From the NCBI RefSeq assembly GCF_031769215.1, contig NW_026782064.1, forward strand, positions 1,736,001 through 1,800,000: a DNA stretch of 64,000 nucleotides, written 5' to 3'. Position numbers and translations under genes: made by a program. Below the pieces are notes generated by a model that did no database searches, was not told the origin of the DNA, and was given only the letters and a program-made list of their open reading frames with translations. Below, piece by piece: positions 23,226 to 37,536 of the stretch. The DNA comes from Ylistrum balloti (taxonomy: Eukaryota). Within the stretch, counting starts at the first letter, position 1; each line of letters starts with the position of its first letter.

Positions 23226-26200
23226 TTAACTACACTTTCTCAGTGCTCCGCGGGTCATGAAATACATTTCATGTCCAACTTGATGTGCAGTGATATCACA
23301 TATGCCACGTGACCAGTAATAGGACTTAGGTACATGGTTCGGAACACGTGATTCTGCGTTCAATTTGTTCATATTTTGAAGGATAGCATGCTCATAGTTA
23401 TGAGTCCACAGGTATAGCTTGCTTTCGTAAACTATCTCAATGAAGTCAGAAAAATGATACTGATTCTACATTCCATCTAATGCTATGCACATTAACACAT
23501 TTTTGAGAAACACGATTTACAGGTCAACAGATTTATTAACGAACTTGCAAAGACTTGAAGATGTAAGTACGTCTTGTACTCTGTAAGTAGTTTATATACA
23601 AATGTATACGAATCATTACCTTCTCATGGTGAGTAAAATTTTATTCTATCTTGATATATCGGAATTTATAAAGATATTTCATATTTAAGTCACAAGTTTA
23701 CAGTACAAATATCACGGATTCGAACATATGTGACATGACTGAATATTACAGGGAATATCGATAGTCCACCAGAAGTACCTACCAGCTAGTAACAAAATAT
23801 GTAAATATTCGCAGACAGGAAGTGCCTGATGACACAACTTAAATTAATGGAAATCAATTTACTGTACCATATGACCACTTCATTTAGGGTACTCCTCTGT
23901 GTAACTAAGGCAACACTAATGTGACTTTCTTATTGTAAATGTGCTGAAAATGTATAGAAATAAAACACAGGTAACGGTCCATGAAAGCCTTTTATATCAA
24001 GAAAACAATAACTCGAGGACAAAATAGTCATATAACAATTTGCACTGTAAATATGGAGGACTGATTGCCATCTTCAAGAATCACCCTACTTGAGGTGGAA
24101 AACAACTAACAGATACTCATGTTTAATATCTATCAAATCATGTGGCCATTTCGTCTCTCTACTTTTCATCATTAGTAATAGTAAATCCATGCTAAAAGTG
24201 TCTAGAATATACAGAGGAGACATGTGGAACGATACCTTTCAGAAATCCATTATACGGTAAAATGGGTGAACGTTTGATAGATGATAGATAGATTTGAGTC
24301 TATCCTATTCCATCGTATAAAAACCTGGACTGATAACATTGAAAGTGCGACTGACGCACAACAAAGTTTTCCACAAAAGATATTTCCGTACTCGTCGAAT
24401 AGGACGTCAATATCCATCACTTATTTCAGTGTGTTTTTGGATTTGTTTTTCAAGATTAAAAAAACTTCCCTTTCGATCTTAGTGAGGCCAATTAGTTCTA
24501 TGAATGAAGATTTTGGCTGTGTCAGATTTATGATAAAAACGAAAACAATATTTGAGTGGGACATAAGTTTACTAATTTTGAAATTTGATGAAATTTATAT
24601 GAAGACCACCCAATCTATATAAGCAAATGTGCATTATAATACGAAGTACAGTACAAAAGTGATACAAACATAGGGTTAGAATAAGTAGTCAGAGAGTAAA
24701 TTAAGCTGCATTATACATCAGTTTCGTCCATCTAGGACTCTCCAGTGAAACCAAAGGCCTGAATTGTTGAAACCCGGGACGCGACAGAGTCAAAAACCAA
24801 AGGGAGATAATGATTAAGTACAAAATAGAATGAATTGGATAATTTTCGATATTATTTCACCTCAAGTAAATGCCTATATTCCTACTCGTGCTTCTGTATG
24901 TTATACCTATTTTACAGGGTGGAAGCGGAAATAAGACCTGTGCTTTTCCTCCTTTCATTTATTTCTCTTGGTAAACTTTGTCATTGTTTCCTCTTTCAAA
25001 TTACTACATTTGTCTCTATCCCGTGACATTGAGTTTGGGTGTAAGCACAGCCGCATTCTCGAATAGTTTTAACTGATATGAACTTATTGGACAACACAAC
25101 ATCCAATACACAGAATTATAGCCCACCAACAGCGACGTCACAGAAATTTAAAAGTCAATGTTTGTGTTTGAGTATAACACGGGAAATGCATCGCCTTTAT
25201 CTGATAGAGGTAACGCGTTTTTAAGATAGTGAACATGCTTGGCTAGTTATAAGTGAACAACAAAATGTACGCTGATCTGTAGGTTTTAGAGTTACTTAAA
25301 TACAGTTCATTATAACAGGTACAGACACGAGACCTGTTATACACGTTCTTTTATCTTGGTATGAAACAGTATTGAATTTCTTTAGTGCGAAACTAAACAC
25401 TGGCATAAAAAGTGAAATGTCATTCTCAAACTCTAACACTGATCAGGTTTTTATTTGTCACTAAGAAAGCTCTAAAGAACCAACAGGATCTTATCCTGTC
25501 ACCATGACCTAGTTCCGATCAAGTGAGTGCAATGTTCTCGTTGTTCAAATTAAACAACCCGAATACGAATGGAATCAGTGGAGGAAACTCGCTAAATATC
25601 TTAATTTAGAAAATTACGAAGCTAACAACACAAGGCAGATTGTATATAGCAACGCTCACATAAATTCGTGTGTTTTACGTCATGGAGACATCTCTAAAAG
25701 GGACAGAGCTGAGGCTACCAATTTGTATCGTTATATACCATAACTCCTTTTCTATTGACGGCATGAGAAAAATAGAACAAAGAAATTAATTACAGTGCCA
25801 CGTGCATCTTAATTAAAACACAAATTAGATGAAACGAGCGAAAATTTTGAATAAAAGAAAAAATTACATAGAAACTGAAGTACCAGGAGAGATATTAAGG
25901 ATACTGAGTCGATGACACCTTCCAGACAAGTCTTTGACATTCCATAGGGCGGGTTTGCTGATTGAAAGCTCTCCCTTTTGGTTTGGTTGTAGGGAAAGAC
26001 CGAACACTTTTGTTACACTGTTAATAAGGTGACCTTCCAAGAAAATTGAAAAAGAGTGCCTAACTATTACATGGTGTTGTGTTAAATTTCTGCAGACGGT
26101 GTAATGTTGAATGAGTCATTTTGTCATTATTGTTCAACACTATTGCATTGTTCGAACAACCCTTAGCAGACACATTGACATTCTCAATTTTGCGGAGGTC

Positions 26201-26761
26201 ATAAATGATGACGTGTAAAGGCAACCTCAACTTGTAAATATATTATATGTCGTAATCACCTTTCAAGACATATGGTTATGTACTTGACAAGCGGTTCTAA
26301 CTTGTAAGTGGTACACTCTGAGACATTGATTGTAACTGATATTGAAAAGTTATTCCTTGTCCTCAATATTGCCCTCCTTATAATTACACGTCAAACGAGT
26401 TTGTGTTGTAACAGTTGTATCTAATCGTCTTATCTATAGAATTAAACGGTTCATAGATCGAAGGTCAAATAAATTGGGTCACCTTATGAAGATGATATGG
26501 GAGGTTATGAACTATATAATGGTTAAGAAATTAACGGACTGAAGAGATTATTGAGGAACTTTACAAGTATCATTCTACACTAAACGAAACACTACTTTTA
26601 AATTTCGCATAAAACTCGATAATAAACTGGAGAGATACCCAGACCTAGTACATACCATCTACTGTCGGTTTCTGGCCTTCCTTCACTCGGATGCGGCTCA
26701 TTCTTCGTCTCAAGGCGTCGTATTCGGTGTCCAGTCCCAACTGGGCCTTCGGTTTCGCCAT
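23226..26761 (-). CDS. Multi-exon gene of unknown function, partial model: 26761..26656, 26033..25884, probably 25751..25679, unresolved middle, 24419..24325, 23435..23226
   Basis: Exon 1 MAKPKAQLGLDTEYDALRRRMSRIRVKEGQKPTVD G|gtatgt joins in phase to GHLINSVTKVFGLSLQP.... The last two exons join in phase 0 (VMDIDVLFDEYGNIFCGKLCCASVALSMLSVQ|IVYESKLYLWTHNYEHAILQNMNK...RGALRKCS*). The middle exon(s) could not be joined without a stop. Confidence 0.55.
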
Positions 26762-29700
26762 TTTATCACAATATATATATAATTACAGTCTTTAAAATAA
26801 AGTTCGGTGTTTATTTCGAGGTATTTCAGTCAGCACAACTCACAAAAAAGCCTTGTTTCGTACAGCTTGAACAAGTGTGACAACATGCTCCATATGAACA
26901 TGGTACAATCAGCCAGACAACTCTTTGCACATCTCTAAGCTATTTTGTCTCAATTTTGGAGTGTATTACTTAATTCAGTCGGTCTGAATATCATCCATTT
27001 TCAAACACTATGTAGTTAGATGAATACGATTATCCGTGACTGTTCGTCGTGTCCCACAGCGGTCCTCCTTTCCCTTCAATGTGTATCACCACTGACCACT
27101 ACCACGCGAAAAAACAATTTTACGATCAATTACCCCTAAAGAAGATATGAGCTGGGCTTTGACCTTATAAACCCGTAATCATTCTTCAGGTGGAACAATA
27201 TTATCACTTATCATCAGAGATTACATGTTACACGCAAGTGTTGATATGTGGGCCATTGTTACGCGTGTATCAGGACTCAAAAATGAACTTGTTTTAAAAC
27301 CTAGGTCTGATAGAAGTGTTTGGTGTTAGTAAAGAGCTTCCGTAGCACCATCTGAAAACAGGTAAGAATAATTAACTGTGGTTACAAACCACTGACACTA
27401 ATCAGTCATCACAACACTGATAGTTTAATCTATTTTTTCAATATCAAACAAGTTCAATGGAAGTTTAAAAGGGATTTATGTAGTCTTAAGAGAAGCTGTT
27501 AGAAATAAACATGTTTGAGACCAAATCAGGAAATAAGATTTATATATTACACCATATTCATATTCATATTGTCGCATTGAATGCAATTTTGTTCATTTGA
27601 ACTCAAACTTAAAATAGTTCGAAGATGAAAAAATATTATCTAAAAGAAAAAAATGGTCACATATAATGATGCGTATCATGGAAATGAATTATTGCTTGAA
27701 ATAGAAAGAAACACATGCGGTATCATCAATCGAAGTGACTTACCAAACAGAACGTAGTCTTGTGATTGGAATGTTGTGATTAATCATACAAGCGCGTGAT
27801 GGCTAATGTTACAACTACTATTTTCGTGTTTTGGTTTGTTAATGTAAAATTGATTCAGTTTAAATGTAAACTACCTCTCTCAAGGAAGATATATACACAA
27901 GGACCTTACCACACATGGAAATCTTCATGTTTCTGTTACAGTTGACTAGAGGAACAATACTGATGAAGTAAATTATAACAGAGCATTGTGATGATACCTG
28001 TGTTTACAGGACCTGGTACTTACCGGTGTCACCGCCAAGTTCAAGTGTGTTGATACACGTCTAGCTTATCTGGGAACTGAAGCAATACCAGTCCGAGCGC
28101 TCTTACACTCTGATTGCACTTATCTCTCACTGATTACATTATTATAAAGTATTGTTAATGCTTTCAAGAACAGGTATCTACACTCTGGACATACGTCACT
28201 GACGTAGCTTCGAGGATAGTTTTACACTCCGTCTGTAGTTATTAATCTCTCCACTAAACAATTTTCATTGTTTATGACTGGGCCGTAAGTGAAAACTCCG
28301 GTAAATTATGTCCTATCAGATTCTGTGGTGTCGAGTTTTGACGATGTGTACCGGACGGGGCTTCCGACTCTCGGGTATATTGAAAATAGTCTTAGTGTGC
28401 AGGTGATCCTGACACGTTGTGTGGTTGACCTTGAGCTAGTCGTTACCACCATTTACAGATGTATTGGTATGTTTTCATCTGAAGTTTCTTTGTACAGTGT
28501 TTACGCGTAATTAAACTTTACCGTGGCTGTATGATCGATTGTACCTATATTTTCGTTAAGCGCCCCCCATGTCCGAACACACATTACTTACATAGAGTTT
28601 ATTACGTTTTGAAGACAATAGAAGAGATAATTTGTACGATACTTAAGTAAATACAACTAATTCTTTAGCAAAATCTTCTTTCAGATTTCGTAAACAGAGT
28701 ACATGAAAGGGGCACTGCGATTTCAATATATCTCAATAAGTAATCATCTTTCTTTTTTATGTATCCGTCCTGAAGGACATTTAAAACAAATTATGTCACA
28801 TCTATTTTTAAATAGGTCGATGTATATGAACATTATTAATGAAATATTAAAATTTGACTTCCCGTACACCAAAACGGAATTTATTATTTGTAATTATTTT
28901 GTGTAATTTGATGAACTCCTTGTACAGACTTGTCTGAAAGCTTCTTGTCATACTGATCTTGCCGTTTGTACTATATGTCCTGTTAACAAAATCAGATCTA
29001 AAAGAGTTCAGAGACTCTGTCGCAAATGAAATAATCAACATTTAATGAAAAAGGATATTTTCGTCCGTAAAACCTATTTGTGAAATAGGCGTGTAATTGT
29101 ACATGAATGACGAGTAACCGTATCCTATTGATGACTGGGACTATCAGCTGGCGATAGACAGCCGATGAAAACATTTCAGATCTAGAAAATTGTTTCCCAT
29201 TACGATCCACAATTTAGAAATGATTGTAAAGGTAATCTGACTCTAAGTACAGAGAAATGATATATAGTAATTGCAATATTTTCTTTATCGTGTTTAAGCA
29301 GGTTTCTCAATCAAAACTGAATTATGGTACAGAGATGTCTTTTATATTGACGAAAGAGTTTAAAGGATATTAAAAGTTCGAATATTTTACATTACAAGAT
29401 ACTTACATGACTAATGTCAAGCACAAGTATAACGTGCTCTTAGAATTCTTTAACCTAAATCTGTCACAAAAGTATTGTGATTATATCTAGTAGATAGTAA
29501 ATGTCCCCTTCATGCAAACACATGTTGTGATGTACATTAAGAAATGAGATGATGCTTTAAAGGCCTTGATGTAAGAATGACCCAAGCTTTGGTCACTTGT
29601 GTTGAAATCGGGGCCTGTTGGTCACGTGCTTTCTGTCCTGCCTTTGACCAAGAGATTAAATTATTGCTGCCAGGAATGACCTCTGGACGAGAAGGCCCCT

Positions 29701-32588
29701 GGTGTGCCCTAGACGTACTCGGTATATAAAGGATTAGGTCAGACATTGCCCATATCTATGTTTATTGAAGTATTAGTGTTTGGTAGATTTTAATTAAAGT
29801 AATATGGTATATGACGTAGAACAATGTCACCAAATTCTCCGTATTTACTCTATGTAAAATGGCGCTGCTGTGGAAATTATTTCACAGACTCGTTATTGAA
29901 GTGAAGCATGATCTAATAAGCTATCGGAGAGATATATCTTGTACGACTGCAGTTCGGTACAATTGGAATATGTCCAGAAAATTAATACCGTTTCATTCTA
30001 TCATTAATCATCCACCATGGCCCTTCTAGCTAGATATGTGTTGACTATAATTATCAATAACAACCAAGCTGGTTCAAAATTCAATCGTCAACACTGAAAG
30101 CATACACTTAATAATTGTATATTAAAGAGCAATATTTCATTTTAGGTGTAAAAGACTAATATATTGAGGCCATGAATCCATAGCACACCTGGTGTAGAGA
30201 CCACGCAGCATTTACATCTGGAATGAAGTGATTACCAAACACTTAATCGACAAAAATAGACATAATATCTCTGTGCACCATACCACAAAATCGGCGACAA
30301 GGAACACAAATTAAAACTCTAAATTTACTTTGTTATGGTAGAAAGTACGATTGATCTCATGTGTTTTGACGAAGGAAGGCTGATCACGGCATAAAAACAT
30401 TAATAAGAAATAACAGCTCATAGTACTGTTAAATCTTATCTGTGATATTGAAGGTGCAAAGTCATAAATAAATAAATGCGGAATGCTTTAATTATAAATA
30501 ACAATGCTGACATCTTGTGGCAAACGGGTTTTTATTGATGATTATATGTTCGAGTATACAACATTTATCTGATATATTTCATTATCAATGTACTATCTCA
30601 ATAAAGGATTTGAATTATAGATGAAATATTGGTATTGAAATCATTTGAAACTTCTGAAGGAATGATCAGCATGAAAAATTAGTTTTATTAAAAAAAACAT
30701 CAAACTCTGTAAGCATATCGGATCGAAATTTTCATTACAACTGAAATAAATTGCTTTCAAATTAGTCTTCCGACAGACAATTTTTCGTATTTCAATGATG
30801 GGATTACATTTGATCTTGATAAGAATATTTTCATTTTGTGTTCGCGAGTAAAAAAACAACAAAAAACAAAAAAACACATGCAGCTGTCAATAAAGGTTTC
30901 AATCTATTCGAAAACGATCAGAATCAATACATATCTCTTCTAGAATAGTGAACAAAACTGAAATAGATTGCTTTCGAAAGAATTTTAACAGGTTTCTTCA
31001 AATTGCAAGGTCATAGCGATATTTGGTCTGGATTTGTGGTTTTAATGGGGTTTTTTTTTAGTTCTAGTTCAGTAAAATGTTCATCTTCACACATGGCTGT
31101 TCAATATTTAATTTTTTTTTCTCATAAAAATCAGATATGATACATTTTTTTGCCGACAAATGCATTACCTAGGTGATGTTATTTTAGATTAAGAAGAATA
31201 ATTGATAATTAAATAAAGTTAGGTAATAACACGGCTCCAATATATGTCTTACAATCAATCATGGATGATAAGTGCCTTTGTGGAGAGATGTATTGAGCTT
31301 CAAGTAAATTAAAATAAAAAAAAAAAAAAAAAAATGAAAAAGCTAACCTGACAAAACAGAAATTATTATTTAAGTTCAAAATAACAGATTACTGTTAACT
31401 TCACAACACTAGATTAAGTAAATAATACAATGTGGAAAACAATTCATACTGTCACTTATGTATTGATATATATCATAGTAGGGTAAGCTGAAACATGTTA
31501 AACGTTTGTCGCCGTGGTCTTAACACATCTTACCATACATTGATGGAAACGATTACATTTTTACTTAATATGTAGATGAGGATACTATAAAGTTCAAAAT
31601 ATTCTGACTTATGATGTTCATCGACTCAGCCCCGTCAAAAACTGTCGACAGAACATCAGAATAAATCGGACTAGATTCCAGGTAATGGTGAATCGCATTT
31701 CCTTTCTGGACACTAACAAAATGAAGCGCATTAAGAGTACTACCGAATAAAGAAGTTGTCATTGAAGATTCATTTTCGTTGATGAGAAGATTATATAAAT
31801 GTTGATAACTGAAACTTTGGCCAAATGCGTTTTAACAGCGACCTTTTTTCGAATTGAGAGAAATAAAAAAAATGATACAGTGAAGCATTGTGATATAAAT
31901 TGGACAATATCAGTTAACAAAATAGTTCTGAATACTTCATAAACTAAGCGTTTCCTTATACAATTTATAGACACTCCTAAATGAACATCTAAACAAATAA
32001 TATTTACATGTATGTGTTTACCGAGTTAGTGAATTAAAATAAGTTTACTGTATTTTAGATTAGATGTGTAGTTTTGCATGGGTATTTGAATTAAACAAAA
32101 TTTGAAATGTGTTTTTTCACGCAACAGAAGGGAGGTAACCCTTGTAACATTTGTCACATCATTTACGCCACCATTTATTAACTTTTAAAGATACTAAAAT
32201 GATATCTTTTTGGTTGAAAATAACAAGAGATAAATGAACTAGGTATGTCTTTATCTTTAAGAAATAACTGGAAAATGTGACATACACAATTATCATTTAT
32301 TGGCACCGGTTCTTTATTTTCAATTCTAAGTGGCAAAGAAATTGCCAAATTATGTCAACAAAACACTTAAAACGTCATCACGTATCGGAATTGAAATCCA
32401 GATGTACCGTCATACTGCTCAGTAAAAGACAATATCACCATTGATCAGCACTGACAAGACGATACTTATCAGGTGATCAAATTGATGTCATAAAAATAAT
32501 TAAAGGTCAATCAGGCGCGAATGATAGTGACACAGTATGTGCGTGAGTGAAGCAGATTATCAGTTATAGTTAATATTATCTTATTCAA

Positions 32589-34288
32589 TTAGTCCCGGCG
32601 ACGACTGTCGATAAACGGTTCTGGCTCTTTGCCAATTAATGGTACGTTAAGGAATAGGTGTTGATAACAATTTGGGCTTGCACGGTGACCCTTACTATCC
32701 CAGTGTCGCCAATTCATTTCGCGAGGCCAATCTGATTCTAACCATATCATAACCTGCTTGAATCAGGAAAAATACTATTATCACTTGAGATCTCTTGATT
32801 TTTAATCAGAATTCAAATTTCAAAATCAATTTTTAGATCTGATATAATTAAACTAATGTTTTACATACAAATGTAATAACTGTTATGGTTGATTTTCAGG
32901 TCTTTCTCGTTGATGACCAGTAAAGACACCGTTCACTCCTGACTTTGAAGGACATCCATTTTTGTGATCTCTACGACATTTCATTCTTTGTTAATATCAA
33001 TGCTAATATAATATCATGTTCCACACAAAAATAGATATTTAGAGGAAATGAGATTTTAAGTTGGACCCACATATTCATGATGAGTGGATAAGATGTAATA
33101 TGGATGCTTATTGAAAATAAAATTTGTGTTGAAAACTGAATTATTGAATAATATATTGAAGAAAATGTTACTGATTGAATGAACATGAATGTTTTTGTGT
33201 TAGCTGGATCTTCCTCTTCATCTGGCTGCAAAAAGAATTAAGGCTTTGTGGATATACATGATTATACTTCACATTTCTACATTATAGGCTTCTTATCATA
33301 GACACTTTCTAGAAGGGTGAAACAACTGTATCATGCTGTTTAATTCACAGTATTTCATCCCCGAGTACTCTAAGAAGGATGAAATGATGCAGTTTAATAC
33401 CCTAATTAGCATCCCTGATGACTGATTGGAGATGAAACATCTTTATGCAGTATTCAGCGTCACTAACGACCCCTAGAGGGATGAAACAGCTGTATTTTTA
33501 GCTATTCTGTATTCTAAATTTGTACCCGTATTTCTTGTACGATCCTTTGGTGTGGGTTATATCTAACACTTGTGATGTGCTTTTCACCTTATATAAAATA
33601 CATTTCACCCTGTTGTCAGCAACTTTGGGTATGCTGTTTATGAAATAACATGTTAAATTGTCAATACCATTACCTAATAACTGCTTTTTGTTCTGGGACA
33701 AAAATGAAATACAAATCACTTGTAATGTTTGAAGTCATTTATTTGAGAAGGACGAACATGTTCGTTAAATCTCTAAGATAACAGGATATTCAAAGTCAGA
33801 TAACAAAGTAACAATGCATACAATCATAGTAAAATGTGAAATTCTGTAGATTTAATCTGAAGGAAGAGGGCTTCACAGACCCAGTCTTCAGCTCCATCCC
33901 GGAAAATCAATCGGATTTGATAAAATGTTTTGAAATGAAGTTCTGCAATTTGATCGTTGTTACGCAAAACTTGGCGGTATTGATTATGATATTGAGAAAT
34001 CAGACTAATACATACATATATACGTCAGAGAAGACAACGAAAGCACCATTAATATTTTAGGGTCGGTTCTGGTTCTGGTTCTCTCATGACAAGATTGAAA
34101 ATTTTATTTGCAGGTTTTTTTTTTAAATCAAAACACTGACATGTATGATGTAAACCCCTTTAACGGAGACTGCTCTTTGCAGATACAATATCCTAATGGG
34201 TTGAAAGAGTTGAAAGCGTATTGCACAACCTGGATCAATCAATCCTGTGAGATGTTTTAGCATACTTTCGTCATGATACAATGGCTGC
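32589..34288 (-). CDS. 3' exons of a gene of unknown function: 34288(or 34284)..34230, 33942..33881, 33225..33172, 32753..32589
   Basis: Four GT-AG-bounded exons join in frame: QPLYHDESMLKHLTGLIDP|ELHFKTFYQIRLIFRDGAEDW|PDEEEDPANTKTFMFIQS|VMIWLESDWPREMNWRHWDSKGHRASPNCYQHLFLNVPLIGKEPEPFIDSRRRD*. The start exon was not identified. Confidence 0.6.
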
Positions 34289-35045
34289 CTATAATACAGC
34301 GTGGAGATTGGTAAAAAATAAAATTCCAATGTCAGTAGAAGGGAATGAGAGTTCGGAACAGCTGGCATACAAATGAGACTGTTGATCTAGTTACATGTAC
34401 CTACTCCCTAGCGGGTAGGAGGTTTGTTAGGGTGAAAGTGTAAACTGTGATGTTGCATTGATATTACTGACAGTGATACTTTTTGTGGAAGACAATGACA
34501 CAAAGAATGATATAAATATAAAGCACTGTAGGATTGGGTGTCCTAAGTGTAGCTACGTTTCACAGGATATACTTAAGAATCTGTATTAATATTTACAGAT
34601 TAATACTGACTGTTTTAGACTCTAAAATGACATATAACTAAAAAGGTATTCTGTTAAAAAGAGAAAACTTAAAACTTTTTTTATATACAACCTCAAGTTC
34701 AAACTTACAAAACAACACAGTTTATTGAAAACTGAGGTAGGTCTTTACTTAAATGAAAATGGCAAGCTCTTTCTCAAAATTAATCATGATGATACAACCC
34801 CTTTAATCCCCGTTACACCCATCCACCAATGGTAATGTATCCAGGTCAATATTGACAATCAACAAATATATTTAAATTCATTGCGATACGAAAGAGAGAT
34901 TATGCGATAATCGAATATTGCAATTATTAATATCTGTCAAGAATTTGTCGCTAAAAATAGATTCAGCTAGAATATACCAGCAAAATTGATTCCAAATGAT
35001 AAGCATAGATGAGAACCTTTAGACATATCACCAAATGCCGAGATT

Positions 35046-35050
<5 letters not shown>

Positions 35051-35096
<46 letters not shown>
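35051..35096. repeat. (TA)n microsatellite, about 23 units
   Basis: Direct reading. Confidence 0.98.
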
Positions 35097-35099
<3 letters not shown>

Positions 35100-35312
35100 G
35101 ATGCTACATATTCTTTCCCTTAATAGTATTTTTTAAAAACTTAATAAACAAAACAGCCGTACTTACTAAAACTTATCTAAAATTTTGGGAAAAAAGTACT
35201 TGGGCTAATTTTAGAATAAATTTAACAGTAAAGGTGGAATTTGGCCTAAAGCGTATTAGTGTATTGGCACAGCGATGTGTGATATAGAACAACAGAACAT
35301 GCGCATGGGGAA

Positions 35313-37536
35313 TCACTCCATTTTAGTCGGTGATCTCCTCTTGCTCGAACCTGGTCTAGTAAGATGGCAATAGCATTGTTTGTATCGAAATATTTTCAAC
35401 GAATGTGGACCGGAAAGACTAAATTCCGTCACCATTAAGTGTCCCTCTTGTCCAATTGCGCAAGTCTGAACCGCCCCAGCTTCGTCAGAAGGACCAATGA
35501 GCTGTTTCAGTAGGATCCCACGTTCGGAATACAAGTTCACTGTGTGATTGAGGGCATCTCCAATGATAAGTTCTCCCAACACATTAACACAAATACCGGA
35601 TGGCAGCATGGACAAACCTTCGCCTGTAGACATAGGATTAAACTTGTATAAAAGTTTACCACCATATGTGAAGTACTTGACACAGTTATTTACGGCATCA
35701 CTAACGATCACCTCTTCTTTGTTATTGACGCAGATGTGACAGCCAATTTTATCCCGTGCCGATCCCCCTACCGGGAAGGCATGCACCAACTTACCACCTC
35801 TCCTATACACTTCTATTGACCTCCGCACTGTAGATACAATAAGGTTGTAGTCTTTGTCACTTGCGATAGCGAAAGGTTCATCGCCTGTTGGAAACATAAA
35901 TTTGAACTGTCTCCTTTGTGAGAAAACCTGAACCCGCTTGTTTTTTTTATCTGCCACTGCCAAATCTCCATTTGGTAGTTCGGTTACTCCCATTGGTTCG
36001 TCAAACTGTCCCTGCCCAGTACCTTTGCAACCTATCTTTCGTATGAAGATACCATATTGGTTGAAGATCTGAATTCTGTGATTCATTGTGTCTGCAATCA
36101 GTATCTCACCGTCCAGTGTAACAGATAAGCCACGAGGATAGTAAAAGTCACCATCACCTCGACCCTTCATACCAATGTTAAAGAGCAGTTTGTCTGGTCT
36201 GAAATACGATGAAATTGTAATTACAAATAGTGTTTGAAGCGGCAATAAAACGTTCAGCTCATATAAGTTATCTCCCTTTAATAATAATGTTTGCATTGCT
36301 TGGTTCGTCGAGTACTAGAAATTCTCTCTCAAATATTTCAGTTATGCTATGCACATCAACAGCAATGAGAAATCGACTCAAATACACATTGTGTAATGAT
36401 GAGATTTTTGTTCAAGGAATACACATGGTACATGGGTCCCAACCTAGAGGTTACTGCACACGAGTACCTCGTGATGCCCCCTTTTTCGATTGTAATGTAC
36501 CAGGGTTATGAATTTGGTGTGCTATTAAACCTAAATGTCCTTATCTTCCGTTCGTGCCTATGATTTTTTGTCGATCTTGGTCAATGAAAGTATTCTGCAA
36601 AATTTACTCTACAGTGCCCAATAAAATGAGTTCAATCTACTCCTTTTACCATGCTTATGCTTCACTGCCCTCCTAATGTGGTGTAACTTTTGATGGGCTA
36701 AATATCGCGATTTCTCTTACTAAAGCTACAATGCTATGTTGAATGCACTCACTGTATATGTTTTGCTTATTTCGCTGAAGTGTACTCTCTACAGTGGAAT
36801 ATTGGTATAGCTTGTATGTTACTGGAGGCTAAGTTCAATATCAAATCGTTATAAGGAGTGATTTTTGACTGTCGGCATGCTCACATGGCTGTTGTGGAGT
36901 GACCTCCATACCAGGCCATGCCGTTCTACAGAGTGGGTCCTAATTAGAGGTCTGACTGTTGGTATACTTACGCGGCGGTTCCCTGTGGTGTGAGCTCCTT
37001 ATCCTGGTTATGGAGGTAGTTGACACTTCTGTACACTTGGCCAAGCCCATGTGAGAACATCCATGCTTCCCAGTCTTTCTTCTCCGTCGAATCCTTTACG
37101 CTCTCCATTCGACAGTCGTGAGCTGTAATTGTGTCAGAAGGAAGTAAGTATTGTTCCTTTAGATCATGAAATATATCGACTTAACCCGGTAACACCATTT
37201 TTTCTAAACGACTTATTTTAGGTTGACAATAAAATTGACAAAAACAACCAATATGTCAAGATAATTATTATCCAAACACAAAATCAATATAACTAGGGCA
37301 AATAGGAACTTTAAAATGTTATACACGAATAAGACATTGTCAGAAATGGAAAAACCAAGATAATATAAAGGAGAAAAACTAACCACCCTACAAATATTCT
37401 TACATCGCGGTCTGCGGCCGAAGATGTGTGGAGCGCTGTCCCTGTATATTTCTCTGTAGGTGGTGATGGGGTAGCGTTGTTCTGGTGACGTGTAACCATG
37501 ACCGTACAGCCGATACCGGGAAAGGTAGTCAACCAT
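35313..37536 (-). CDS. NHL-repeat beta-propeller protein, 389 aa; join(37536..37404,37122..36972,36198..35313); no RING, B-box or coiled coil seen
   Basis: NHL repeats include GDFYYPRGLSVTLDGEILIADTMNHRIQIF and GQFDEPMGVTELPNGDLAVADKKNKRVQVF. Splice sites CGAT|gtaaga, tacag|CTCAC, CCGC|gtaagt and tttcag|ACCAG have matching phases (133+151+886=1170 nt). Confidence 0.85.

Noticed and set aside
25506-25743. Plus-strand frame containing EWNQWRKLAKYLNL (death-domain-like)
   Set aside because: The similarity is limited to one short helix, the frame is preceded by a stop, and it overlaps candidate minus-strand exons.
28010-28520. GC-richer exon-like segments, including track ORF 28289..28510
   Set aside because: No consistent splice path or recognisable domain; possibly UTR exons of the 26761 gene.
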